A stretch of 35,933 nt of DNA, from NCBI GenBank assembly GCA_903827075.1, contig CAIKGX010000158.1, positions 1 through 35,933 of the forward strand, read 5' to 3'. The DNA is from an uncultured beta proteobacterium (GTDB taxonomy: Bacteria; Pseudomonadota; Gammaproteobacteria; Burkholderiales; Burkholderiaceae). Both the position numbers and the translations under genes were made by a program. Position 1 is the first letter of the stretch. The number at the start of each line of letters is the position of its first letter. The notes beneath the pieces are model-generated. The model saw only the letters and a program-made list of their open reading frames with translations, was not told the origin of the DNA and made no database searches. This document shows, piece after piece, positions 18,986-27,553 of the stretch.

Positions 18986-19630
18986 ATGACGATCATAGTT
19001 AAGCATTTGGGTGTAGCTGACTACGCATTAACCTATGAGGCGATGCGCGTATTTACTGCACAGCGCACCAGCGAGACACCTGATGAGATTTGGGTTTTAG
19101 AGCACCCCCCCGTATTTACCTTGGGGCTAGCGGGTGACGCTGGAAACTTACATTCCCCGAGCAACGACATTCCACTGGTTCAGGTAGATCGCGGCGGTGA
19201 GATTACCTATCACGGACCTGGCCAGATTGTGGTCTACCTTTTGTTAGATTTGCGTAGACTGGGAATATTCGTAAAAGAGTTGGTATCTCGCATAGAGCAA
19301 TCACTAATTGATACCTTAGCTGACTTTGGAATTCAGGCAGAAAGGCGCCCAGGAGCACCGGGTATATATGTTTCAGAGCAAGCTGGCATTCCATCAGAGT
19401 GGATTGGAGCCAAGGTAGCCGCCCTTGGCCTGAAGGTCTCTAAAAGCTGTTCCTATCATGGCCTAGCCCTTAATGTAGCTACTGATTTAGAGGCTTTTGC
19501 CCGCATCCACCCTTGTGGATATGAGGGTTTAAAGACGGTGGATATGCAAACCCTTGGGATCAAGGACAATATGGACATTATTAGCCAAACGCTTATAGGC
19601 CATTTGCAAAAGCAATTGATTTCATCATGA
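18986..19630 (+). CDS. lipB: Lipoyl(octanoyl) transferase
   Basis: [40 protein letters not shown]. Confidence 0.96.
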   Translation: MTIIVKHLGVADYALTYEAMRVFTAQRTSETPDEIWVLEHPPVFTLGLAGDAGNLHSPSNDIPLVQVDRGGEITYHGPGQIVVYLLLDLRRLGIFVKELVSRIEQSLIDTLADFGIQAERRPGAPGIYVSEQAGIPSEWIGAKVAALGLKVSKSCSYHGLALNVATDLEAFARIHPCGYEGLKTVDMQTLGIKDNMDIISQTLIGHLQKQLISS

Positions 19631-20649
19631 CCATAAATAAAGTAGATACAGACACTAGTGCTAGCCCCAGCATTGAGGCTCGCCAAGATGTCCATTACGA
19701 TGCATCACGCAAGCAGAAGTCGAGCGAGAAGACGGCTCGTATCCCCATTAAAATTATTCCTCTAGAGCAAGTGCTCAAGAAGCCAGATTGGATTCGGGTG
19801 AAGGCCGCTTCTGGAAACTCCCGTTTCTCTGAAATCAAACAAATATTGCGTGAAAACGAATTAGTTACCGTTTGTGAAGAGGCGAGCTGCCCCAATATTG
19901 GCGAGTGCTTTGGTAAGGGAACCGCCACCTTCATGATCATGGGTGATAAATGTACTCGCCGCTGTCCATTTTGTGATGTGGGTCATGGTCGCCCAGATCC
20001 CTTAGATGAAAAAGAGCCGGGAAATTTGGCTCGTACGATTGCTGCCCTAAAGCTGAATTATGTCGTCATCACCAGCGTGGATCGCGATGATTTGCGTGAT
20101 GGTGGTGCTATGCACTATGTCGATTGTATTTCTCAATCAAGAGGCCTTTCGCCAGCTACACGCATTGAAGTCTTGGTCCCAGATTTTCGTGGCCGTTTAG
20201 AAAAAGCATTGGATATTTTTTCAGAGTATGCGCCTCTGGGTTTGCCTGACGTCATGAATCACAATCTAGAAACGGTGCCACGCTTATATAAGCAGGCGCG
20301 TCCTGGCGCAGATTATGCGCACTCATTAAAACTATTGAAAGACTTCAAAGAGCGCTTTCCACATATTCCCACCAAGAGTGGATTGATGGTGGGCCTAGGT
20401 GAAACCGATGAGGAAATATTGGAAGTTATGCGTGATATGCGTGAACACAATATTGATATGCTGACGATTGGCCAGTATTTGGCACCATCCGGACACCACT
20501 TACCAGTGCAGCGCTATGTTCATCCAGATGTATTTAAGCATTTTGAAGCAGAGGCTTATGCCATGGGCTTCTCGCATGCTGCGGTTGGCGCTATGGTGCG
20601 CTCTAGCTATCACGCTGATCAACAGGCGCATGGAGCCGGTGTTGTTTAG
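19627..20649 (+). CDS. lipA: Lipoyl synthase
   Basis: [21 protein letters not shown] (radical SAM), VRSSYHA. Confidence 0.98.
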   Translation: MTINKVDTDTSASPSIEARQDVHYDASRKQKSSEKTARIPIKIIPLEQVLKKPDWIRVKAASGNSRFSEIKQILRENELVTVCEEASCPNIGECFGKGTATFMIMGDKCTRRCPFCDVGHGRPDPLDEKEPGNLARTIAALKLNYVVITSVDRDDLRDGGAMHYVDCISQSRGLSPATRIEVLVPDFRGRLEKALDIFSEYAPLGLPDVMNHNLETVPRLYKQARPGADYAHSLKLLKDFKERFPHIPTKSGLMVGLGETDEEILEVMRDMREHNIDMLTIGQYLAPSGHHLPVQRYVHPDVFKHFEAEAYAMGFSHAAVGAMVRSSYHADQQAHGAGVV

Positions 20650-20659
20650 ACGGGGTGTA

Positions 20660-21229
20660 ATGAAAGCTTACCTGACGCTTGCAACTTTTCTTTTCCTGGC
20701 TGCTTGCACTCCTAAGCTCGATTGGCGAACAGTCCAATCTGCTCAAGATGGTTACACTGCTTTATTTCCAGGTAAGCCTGAGAGGATGGAAAGAAAGCTT
20801 CCTTACCAGAACCAAGAAATTCCACAAGCATTGGAAGCGGTAAAAGTAGATGACGATATTTACTCTGTTAGCACCATTTACTTAAGCAAAGAACAGATAT
20901 CTTTTCTGCCAAAAATATTAGGGCAGTTACAGGACAATCTTTTGAAAAGGGCAGGCGTAGATTTTGCAACTGCTATAAGTAGCGAATCCACTTATCAAAC
21001 TGCTGATCGCCAACGTAAACCCACAAAAGATTATTTCTTGGAGTTTATGTCTGCAGGTGCAGTACAGCAATCGATGCGAGTACGTTGGATTACTAAACTT
21101 AGTCCTGATAACGGCGCTTGGATTTATCAACTTTCAGTTTTGCATACAGCCCCTGCAAGAGTAGAGGCTAAGAAATTCTTCTCAGAAGAGCAGTACTCAA
21201 ACTTCTTTGACGAGTTTCATCCAGATTAG
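20660..21229 (+). CDS. Hypothetical lipoprotein
   Basis: MKAYLTLATFLFLAAC lipobox followed by TPKLDWR. Start set at 20660; the longer ORF overlaps lipA. Confidence 0.75.
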   Translation: MKAYLTLATFLFLAACTPKLDWRTVQSAQDGYTALFPGKPERMERKLPYQNQEIPQALEAVKVDDDIYSVSTIYLSKEQISFLPKILGQLQDNLLKRAGVDFATAISSESTYQTADRQRKPTKDYFLEFMSAGAVQQSMRVRWITKLSPDNGAWIYQLSVLHTAPARVEAKKFFSEEQYSNFFDEFHPD

Positions 21230-21241
21230 AGATTGAATCAT

Positions 21242-21499
21242 TTATTGTGTTTTTTCTAAAGCAGCTACTTTAGCTTCAAGCACTTCTAATTTTTCTCTAG
21301 TCTTAGATAACACTTTGGATTGCAGGTCAAACTCCTCACGAGTCACTAAATCCATTTTCTGAAAACCTTGATTCATCATGGCACGCACATTCTTTTCAAT
21401 TTCTTGTGCTGGTGAATTACGAATGGCATCTCCAACCTTGTTTTGCATATCACTGGCAATGCGCTGAATTTGTTCGAGGATTTCGCCTGGTTTTTGCAT
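21242..21499 (-). CDS. ubiK: Ubiquinone biosynthesis accessory factor UbiK (YqiC/BMFP family)
   Basis: KMDLVTREEFDLQ..VL..TREKL..LEAKVAALE. Divergent from the glnK-amtB locus. Confidence 0.9.
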   Translation of the reverse strand: MQKPGEILEQIQRIASDMQNKVGDAIRNSPAQEIEKNVRAMMNQGFQKMDLVTREEFDLQSKVLSKTREKLEVLEAKVAALEKTQ

Positions 21500-21600
21500 G
21501 ATTGGGGTTTACCGTTCCATTAAGAGTTGCGAAAAAGACACAGCTCTTATTTTAATTTGAAGCACCAAGATTTGCCAAAAAGGGCTTAAATCTGGGTAAA

Positions 21601-21650
21601 TGCACCAAAATGTCCGCTATTGGTGCAGATAATGGCACTAAAAAAGGGCA
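21601..21650. promoter_or_regulatory. NtrC-like binding boxes
   Basis: GGCACT-aaaaa-AGGGCA (21634-21650, 10/12 to TGCACY-N5-RGTGCA); TGTCCG-ctatt-GGTGCA (21611-21627); half-site TGCACCA at 21601. Upstream of the glnK-amtB operon. Confidence 0.6.
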
Positions 21651-21763
21651 TTTGCATTAATAAAGGGATTTGTGACAAAGACGTGCATCCCCCGACATTC
21701 ATGATCACTCCATGCAATAAAGCATTTAACCCATTTTTTATTCAAACCAGCAAGGAGTTACAC

Positions 21764-22615
21764 ATGAAAACTTTACATAAGACAGCCATTGCACTTGCGG
21801 CATCCAGCTTATTCGCTTCAGGAGTATTTGCTCAAGCCGCCCCTGCAGCAGAGGCGCCAGAAGCAAGCCCAATTACGGCCAATGTGACTGTGGTAAATGA
21901 TTACCGTTATCGTGGTCTCACGCAGTCCAATTACCAGCCCGCTATTCAAGGTGGTTTTGACTATGCTCATGAAAGTGGTTTCTACATTGGTAACTGGAAC
22001 AGCTCAATTAGCTGGATTGGAGATCAAAATAGTACTGCCGGTGGTACTGCCAGCAATAACGTAAGTAGCAATATCGAAATGGACTTCTACGGCGGCTTTA
22101 AGAAGGAATTGATTGCCCCAGGATTTGCATCTGACTTTGGTGTTCTACAGTACTACTACCCAACTAAAGGTTTTAACTCAACCTTTATGCAAAACCCAAA
22201 TTCTACTGAGCTTTATGCTGCACAGAACTTTACATTGGGGCCTGTAACTGGTTTCGTTAAATTGTCTTACGCGGTCACCACATTATTCGGCATTCCTAAT
22301 AGTGCGGGTTCCATGTATCCAGATTTGACAATGAATTATGACACTGGATTTTGGGGTTTGACTGCTAACGGCCATATCGGCTATCAGTATATTGCTGGAC
22401 AACCAAATACCACATCTGGATATGCTACAACGCCTAATAACATTAGCTATACCGATTGGAAATTAGGTATGACTAAAGACTTTGGCGGTGGCTTATCTGC
22501 GCAAGTTTCATACATTAGTACAAATGCTAATCCTAGTTGGTACCAAACAGGCGGCAATCAGACAACTTGGGCTGGCCGCGGCGGTGCTAATTTCTCACTC
22601 ACCAAAGTATTTTAA
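21764..22615 (+). CDS. TorF-family putative outer-membrane porin (TIGR02001-like)
   Basis: AAGGAG SD, signal peptide, NDYRYRGLTQS...PAIQGGFDY..SGFYIGNWNS, EMDFYGG, C-terminal Phe. Confidence 0.87.
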   Translation: MKTLHKTAIALAASSLFASGVFAQAAPAAEAPEASPITANVTVVNDYRYRGLTQSNYQPAIQGGFDYAHESGFYIGNWNSSISWIGDQNSTAGGTASNNVSSNIEMDFYGGFKKELIAPGFASDFGVLQYYYPTKGFNSTFMQNPNSTELYAAQNFTLGPVTGFVKLSYAVTTLFGIPNSAGSMYPDLTMNYDTGFWGLTANGHIGYQYIAGQPNTTSGYATTPNNISYTDWKLGMTKDFGGGLSAQVSYISTNANPSWYQTGGNQTTWAGRGGANFSLTKVF

Positions 22616-22628
22616 TTCCTACCTCTAA

Positions 22629-22979
<351 letters not shown>

Positions 22980-22992
22980 AGAGAGGTTCAAA

Positions 22993-24465
22993 ATGTTAAC
23001 TTGGATGAAACGACTCGTTGCTGGTAGTGCCATGGCCTTGGCTATTGGTAGTACTGGCGTCATGGTGACTTCACCATCTTTTGCTGATGAAGTTAAACCA
23101 GCTGTCTCTGCTCCTGCAGCTGCAGCCGCTGCTGCTCCCGCAGCACCTGCATTAGTTCCAAATAAAGGCGATACAGCTTGGTTGTTAGTTTGTACGGCGT
23201 TAGTCATCTTAATGACATTGCCTGGTTTGGCTTTGTTCTATGGCGGCTTAACGCGTAGCAAGAATATCCTTTCGATACTCGTGCAATGTATGGTTGTCTT
23301 CTCATTAATTACAGTGCTTTGGTCTATTTATGGCTACAGTTTTGCATTTACTGAAGGCGGCGCATTTATTGGCGGGCTTGATCGCTTGTTCTTAGCTGGT
23401 ATTACTCCGGATTCAGTTGCCGCAACCTTTAGTAAAGGTATTGTTGTTCCTGAGTTTGTGTTTATGGCTTTCCAAGCTGCGTTCGCAACCATTACTTGCT
23501 GCTTGATCATTGGTTCATTTGCTGAGCGTGCTAAGTTCTCTGCAATCTTGGTATTTATGGTCCTTTGGTTCACATTCAGCTACTTACCAATCGCTCACAT
23601 GGTTTGGTTCTGGCCTGGTCCTGACGATATTAAAGATGCTGCATCACTCGAGGCAATTACTGCTCGTGCTGGCTGGTTGTGGCAGAAGGGTGTTCTTGAC
23701 TTTGCCGGTGGTACCGTTGTTCATATCAATGCTGCGATTGCTGGTTTAGTTGGCTCATTTGTTATCGGCAAGCGCATTGGTTATGGCAAAGAGGCAATGA
23801 AGCCGCATAACTTGGTGTATGTCATGATTGGCGCATCCCTCTTGTGGTTTGGTTGGTTTGGTTTCAACGCTGGTTCAGCGTTAGAAGCAAATGGTAGCGC
23901 TGCCTTGGCATTCGTAAATACTTACTTGGCAACGGCTGCTGCGGTATTGACTTGGTCATTTGCTGAATGGGTTCTCAAGGGTAAACCTTCCATGTTGGGC
24001 GCTGCTTCTGGTTGCGTAGCTGGTTTGGTTGCAATTACTCCTGCTGCTGGTTTTGTTGGCCCAATGGGTGCACTCGCTATCGGCGCTGCTGCTGGTGTAG
24101 TTTGCTTGTGGGGTGTAACTGGACTCAAGAAGATTTTGGGATCAGATGACAGCTTGGACGTATTTGGTGTACACGGTGTAGGCGGTATTTTGGGTGCCTT
24201 ATTAACCGGTGTTTTTGCTGATCCTGCATTAGGTGGCACAGGTATCTGGGATTACGTAGCTAATGCTACCGCTCCTGACTACTCTATTGCTAGCCAGTTG
24301 TGGATTCAGAGCCAAGGCGTCATTACTACCTTGATCTGGTCTGGCGTAGTCTCCTTCATTGCCTTCAAATTGATCGATATTGTGATTGGTTTGCGTGTTA
24401 AGGAAGATGAAGAGCGCGAAGGCTTGGATATCAGCTCCCACGGTGAGTCTGCTTACGAGTCTTAA
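22993..24465 (+). CDS. amtB: Ammonium transporter
   Basis: PGLALFYGG, DFAGGTVVHINA, LWFGWFGFNAGS, DDSLDVFGVHG, EREGLD..HGE.AY. GAGG SD before ATG 22993. Confidence 0.97.
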   Translation: MLTWMKRLVAGSAMALAIGSTGVMVTSPSFADEVKPAVSAPAAAAAAAPAAPALVPNKGDTAWLLVCTALVILMTLPGLALFYGGLTRSKNILSILVQCMVVFSLITVLWSIYGYSFAFTEGGAFIGGLDRLFLAGITPDSVAATFSKGIVVPEFVFMAFQAAFATITCCLIIGSFAERAKFSAILVFMVLWFTFSYLPIAHMVWFWPGPDDIKDAASLEAITARAGWLWQKGVLDFAGGTVVHINAAIAGLVGSFVIGKRIGYGKEAMKPHNLVYVMIGASLLWFGWFGFNAGSALEANGSAALAFVNTYLATAAAVLTWSFAEWVLKGKPSMLGAASGCVAGLVAITPAAGFVGPMGALAIGAAAGVVCLWGVTGLKKILGSDDSLDVFGVHGVGGILGALLTGVFADPALGGTGIWDYVANATAPDYSIASQLWIQSQGVITTLIWSGVVSFIAFKLIDIVIGLRVKEDEEREGLDISSHGESAYES

Positions 24466-24516
24466 TCTGTAATTAAGCCCTCATTGGGTGGCTTTGGTTG
24501 GCTGCCTGATTTTTAA

Positions 24517-24549
24517 GCGCGGGATCCTTGGATCCCGCGTCTTTCTTTC
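24517..24549 (+). terminator. Rho-independent terminator after amtB
   Basis: CGCGGGATC-cttg-GATCCCGCG stem followed by TCTTTCTTT. Confidence 0.75.
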
Positions 24550-24558
24550 AAAAAAACT

Positions 24559-24564
24559 TACAAT
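24559..24564 (+). promoter_or_regulatory. -10 hexamer 6 nt before the gshA ATG
   Basis: TACAAT-ggtgaa-ATG, directly after the amtB terminator. Confidence 0.6.
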
Positions 24565-24570
24565 GGTGAA

Positions 24571-25869
24571 ATGGTCCCACATCTCATCACTGCCCTTAGC
24601 GGCCCCCTCCTTGAACTCGAGTCAAAGGTCTTAGAAGCAACCCCGACCATTGAGCGCTGGTTTAGGTTGGAATGGCAAGAACATACCCCACCTTTTTATT
24701 GTTCAGTAGACCTACGTAATGCTGGTTTTAAGCTTGCTCCAGTTGATACCAATCTCTTTCCTGGTGGCTTTAATAACCTCTCTCCGCAGATGTTGCCTTT
24801 GGCAGTACAAGCAGCCATGGCTGCTATTGAGAAGATTTGCCCGGAAGCTAAAAATTTATTACTCATTCCTGAGCGCCATACTCGCAATACCTTTTACTTG
24901 CAAAACATCGCTCGTTTATCTTCGATCTTGCGTCAGGCTGGATTGAATGTCCGTTTAGGAACTTTTTCTGAAGAAATTAAAAAGCCTACTTGGATCGAAT
25001 TGCCCGATGGTAATCGTTTGCTCATGGAGCCTTTATCTCGCTTGGGTTTGAAGAATCAACGCTTGGGATTAAAAGACTTTGACCCTTGCTCCATTTTGCT
25101 TAATAACGATTTATCTGCAGGTATTCCGCCTATCTTAGAAAATATTCATGAGCAATATTTGCTGCCTGGATTGCATGCGGGTTGGCATGTTCGTCGTAAA
25201 TCCAATCACTTTGCTGCCTACGATGAGGTGGCTAAGAAGTTTGCTAAGGTAGTTGATATTGACCCATGGATGATTAATCCCTATTTTGCTAATTGCTCCA
25301 ATGTGAACTTCCATGAGCGCAAGGGTGAAGAAGAGTTGCAGACAGCTGTCGAAAAGATACTAAAAAAGACCGCTAAAAAATATCGTGAATATGGAATTAA
25401 AGAGAAGCCTTACGTTGTTGTGAAGGCGGATGCTGGTACTTATGGCATGGGCGTGATGGTGGTCAATGATCCAGCACAGCTTATAGGTTTAAACCGCAAA
25501 GACCGCAATAAAATGAGCGTGGTTAAAGAAGGCTTAGAAGTCAGTGACGTTCTTATTCAGGAAGGTGTCTATACCTTTGAAAAGGTCAACGAGGCTGTTG
25601 CTGAGCCTGTGGTGTATATGATTGACCGATATGTTATCGGTGGTTTCTACCGAGTACATACCGATCGTGGCCCAGATGAAAATCTGAATGCACCAGGCAT
25701 GCACTTTGTGCCCTTGGCATTTGAGCAAAACTCAATGCCTGATCTGGCTGCAAAGCCCGGTAGTGCAGCCCCCAATCGCTTTTATCTCTATGGCGTTGTT
25801 GCTCGCTTAGCTTTATTAGCGGCTTCATTGGAGCTTGAGCGCACTGATCCTAATGCTGAAGCTGCTTAA
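24571..25869 (+). CDS. gshA: Glutamate--cysteine ligase (betaproteobacterial ATP-grasp-like type)
   Basis: PPFYCSVDLRNAGFKLAPVDTNLFPGGFNNL, KADAGTYGMG, ENLNAPGMHF. Directly upstream of gshB. Confidence 0.93.
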   Translation: MVPHLITALSGPLLELESKVLEATPTIERWFRLEWQEHTPPFYCSVDLRNAGFKLAPVDTNLFPGGFNNLSPQMLPLAVQAAMAAIEKICPEAKNLLLIPERHTRNTFYLQNIARLSSILRQAGLNVRLGTFSEEIKKPTWIELPDGNRLLMEPLSRLGLKNQRLGLKDFDPCSILLNNDLSAGIPPILENIHEQYLLPGLHAGWHVRRKSNHFAAYDEVAKKFAKVVDIDPWMINPYFANCSNVNFHERKGEEELQTAVEKILKKTAKKYREYGIKEKPYVVVKADAGTYGMGVMVVNDPAQLIGLNRKDRNKMSVVKEGLEVSDVLIQEGVYTFEKVNEAVAEPVVYMIDRYVIGGFYRVHTDRGPDENLNAPGMHFVPLAFEQNSMPDLAAKPGSAAPNRFYLYGVVARLALLAASLELERTDPNAEAA

Positions 25870-25894
25870 CTTCTTTTACTAAGCCATCTTCATT

Positions 25895-26836
25895 ATGGAT
25901 TTTCTATTCATTGCGGACCCTTTGGAATCTTTCAAGATTAGTAAAGATTCGACCTTGTCCATGATGCGAGTGGCACAAGAAGCAGGTCATCGCCTCTGGT
26001 TTTGTGAGGCACGTAATGTACTTTGGAGAGGGAATGCAGTAGTGGCTGATTGCCAATCATTGGCTATCAAACCTAGCGGAACATCTTGGTTTGAGTTGGG
26101 CCCAATAGAGGCTCGCAATCTAAATACCTTTTTAGCAGTATTCATGCGAACGGACCCCCCTTTTAATATTGAATATCTCAATACCACTTGGTTATTGTCT
26201 GCCGCAGTTCGTCAGGGTGCAAAGGTGTTTAATAATCCGGCTGCTATTCGCGATCATTCCGAAAAATTATCTATTACTGAATTTCCGAGCTTGATCCCGC
26301 CAACTTTAGTTACGCGGGAATTGAGTGCAGTTGAGGCTTTTCATCAAGAGCATCGCGATATTGTGATTAAGCCGCTAGATGGTATGGGTGGCATGGGTGT
26401 GTTTCGTGTTGGCCCTGATGGCCTGAATTTGGCGAGCATCGTTGAGACGCTTGGTGAGAATGGGGCGCGAACCTTGATGGTTCAGCGTTTCTTGCCGGAG
26501 ATTGCCCAGGGGGATAAACGGGTGCTACTTATCGGTGGAGAGGTGGTGCCATTTGCATTAGCGCGCATTCCTCAGGGCACTGAAATTCGGGGCAATCTTG
26601 CGGCGGGTGGCAAAGGGGTTGCCATGTCCTTAAGCGATTCTGAAATGAAAGTAGCTAAACAATTAGCGCCGATTTTGAATGAGCGTGGCCTGTTCTTGGT
26701 AGGATTGGACCTCATTGGTTCTTATGTCACGGAAATTAATGTGACCAGCCCTACGTGTTTTGTAGAAATTACAGAGCAAAGCGGTTTTGATGTTCCGCAG
26801 TTTTGGTTAAAAGCACTTGAAAAGGCATTGGTATAG
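25895..26836 (+). CDS. gshB: Glutathione synthase
   Basis: KDST, MRTDPPF..EY, IKPLDGMGG, GDKRVL, RGNLAAGG, EINVTSPTC. Confidence 0.97.
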   Translation: MDFLFIADPLESFKISKDSTLSMMRVAQEAGHRLWFCEARNVLWRGNAVVADCQSLAIKPSGTSWFELGPIEARNLNTFLAVFMRTDPPFNIEYLNTTWLLSAAVRQGAKVFNNPAAIRDHSEKLSITEFPSLIPPTLVTRELSAVEAFHQEHRDIVIKPLDGMGGMGVFRVGPDGLNLASIVETLGENGARTLMVQRFLPEIAQGDKRVLLIGGEVVPFALARIPQGTEIRGNLAAGGKGVAMSLSDSEMKVAKQLAPILNERGLFLVGLDLIGSYVTEINVTSPTCFVEITEQSGFDVPQFWLKALEKALV

Positions 26837-26838
26837 AC

Positions 26839-27273
26839 ATGGTTGGAATCGTCATCGTTGCTCATACTCCACTAGCAAGCGCCATGCTGAGCTTTGCTGA
26901 GCATACTTTTGGGGTATTGCCTGAGGGCATGAGGGCTGTAGATATTCCTCCTTATGAGGACATTAAAGCAAGCTTTGATCGTGTGATGAAGGCTGCATAT
27001 GGAGTAAATACTGGTAACGGCGTTCTTATTCTGACTGATGTGATGGGTGCAACTCCTGCCAATGTAGCATCTAAGTTAGAAGCGCTTGGCCCGCTATCAG
27101 GATTAAATTCTCCGGTCATTGTGCTTGCTGGACTGAACTTACCCATGCTCATGCGATGCATTTCTCATCGCGGCGAAGCTTTAGAAGAGTTAGCTAGTAA
27201 GGCCCTTCAAGGTGGGCAAAATGGAATTTTGCGTCTGGGTTCAAAGTCTCACCAAGAAGCTACAGAGAAATAA
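26839..27273 (+). CDS. PTS EIIA component, mannose/fructose family (stand-alone)
   Basis: GIVIVAH.PLA (phospho-His), VLILTDVMGATPAN, GLNLPML. Confidence 0.9.
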   Translation: MVGIVIVAHTPLASAMLSFAEHTFGVLPEGMRAVDIPPYEDIKASFDRVMKAAYGVNTGNGVLILTDVMGATPANVASKLEALGPLSGLNSPVIVLAGLNLPMLMRCISHRGEALEELASKALQGGQNGILRLGSKSHQEATEK

Positions 27274-27281
27274 GGTAATTT

Positions 27282-27551
27282 ATGCCCATTGCTGAAATTG
27301 AAATTATTAATAGACTTGGCTTGCATGCGAGAGCATCTGCTAAGTTATCAAAATTAGCCGCTGAATTTCCTTGCGAAATACTATTGTCACGCAATGGGCG
27401 TCAAATCAATGCTAAGAGCATTATGGGCGTCATGATGTTGGCAGCAGGGATCGGTAGTACGGTAACCCTAGAAACAGTGGGCGACCAAGCTGATGAGGCG
27501 ATGCAGGCTTTAACCGAGCTCATCAACAATCGTTTTGGTGAAGGTGAATAG
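27282..27551 (+). CDS. ptsH: Phosphocarrier protein HPr
   Basis: GLHARASAK (His15), NAKSIMGVMML (Ser46). Confidence 0.95.
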   Translation: MPIAEIEIINRLGLHARASAKLSKLAAEFPCEILLSRNGRQINAKSIMGVMMLAAGIGSTVTLETVGDQADEAMQALTELINNRFGEGE

Positions 27552-27553
27552 CG

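Noticed and set aside
20468-20659. Long N-terminal extension of the lipoprotein ORF
   Set aside because: It lies within lipA; the signal peptide starts at 20660.
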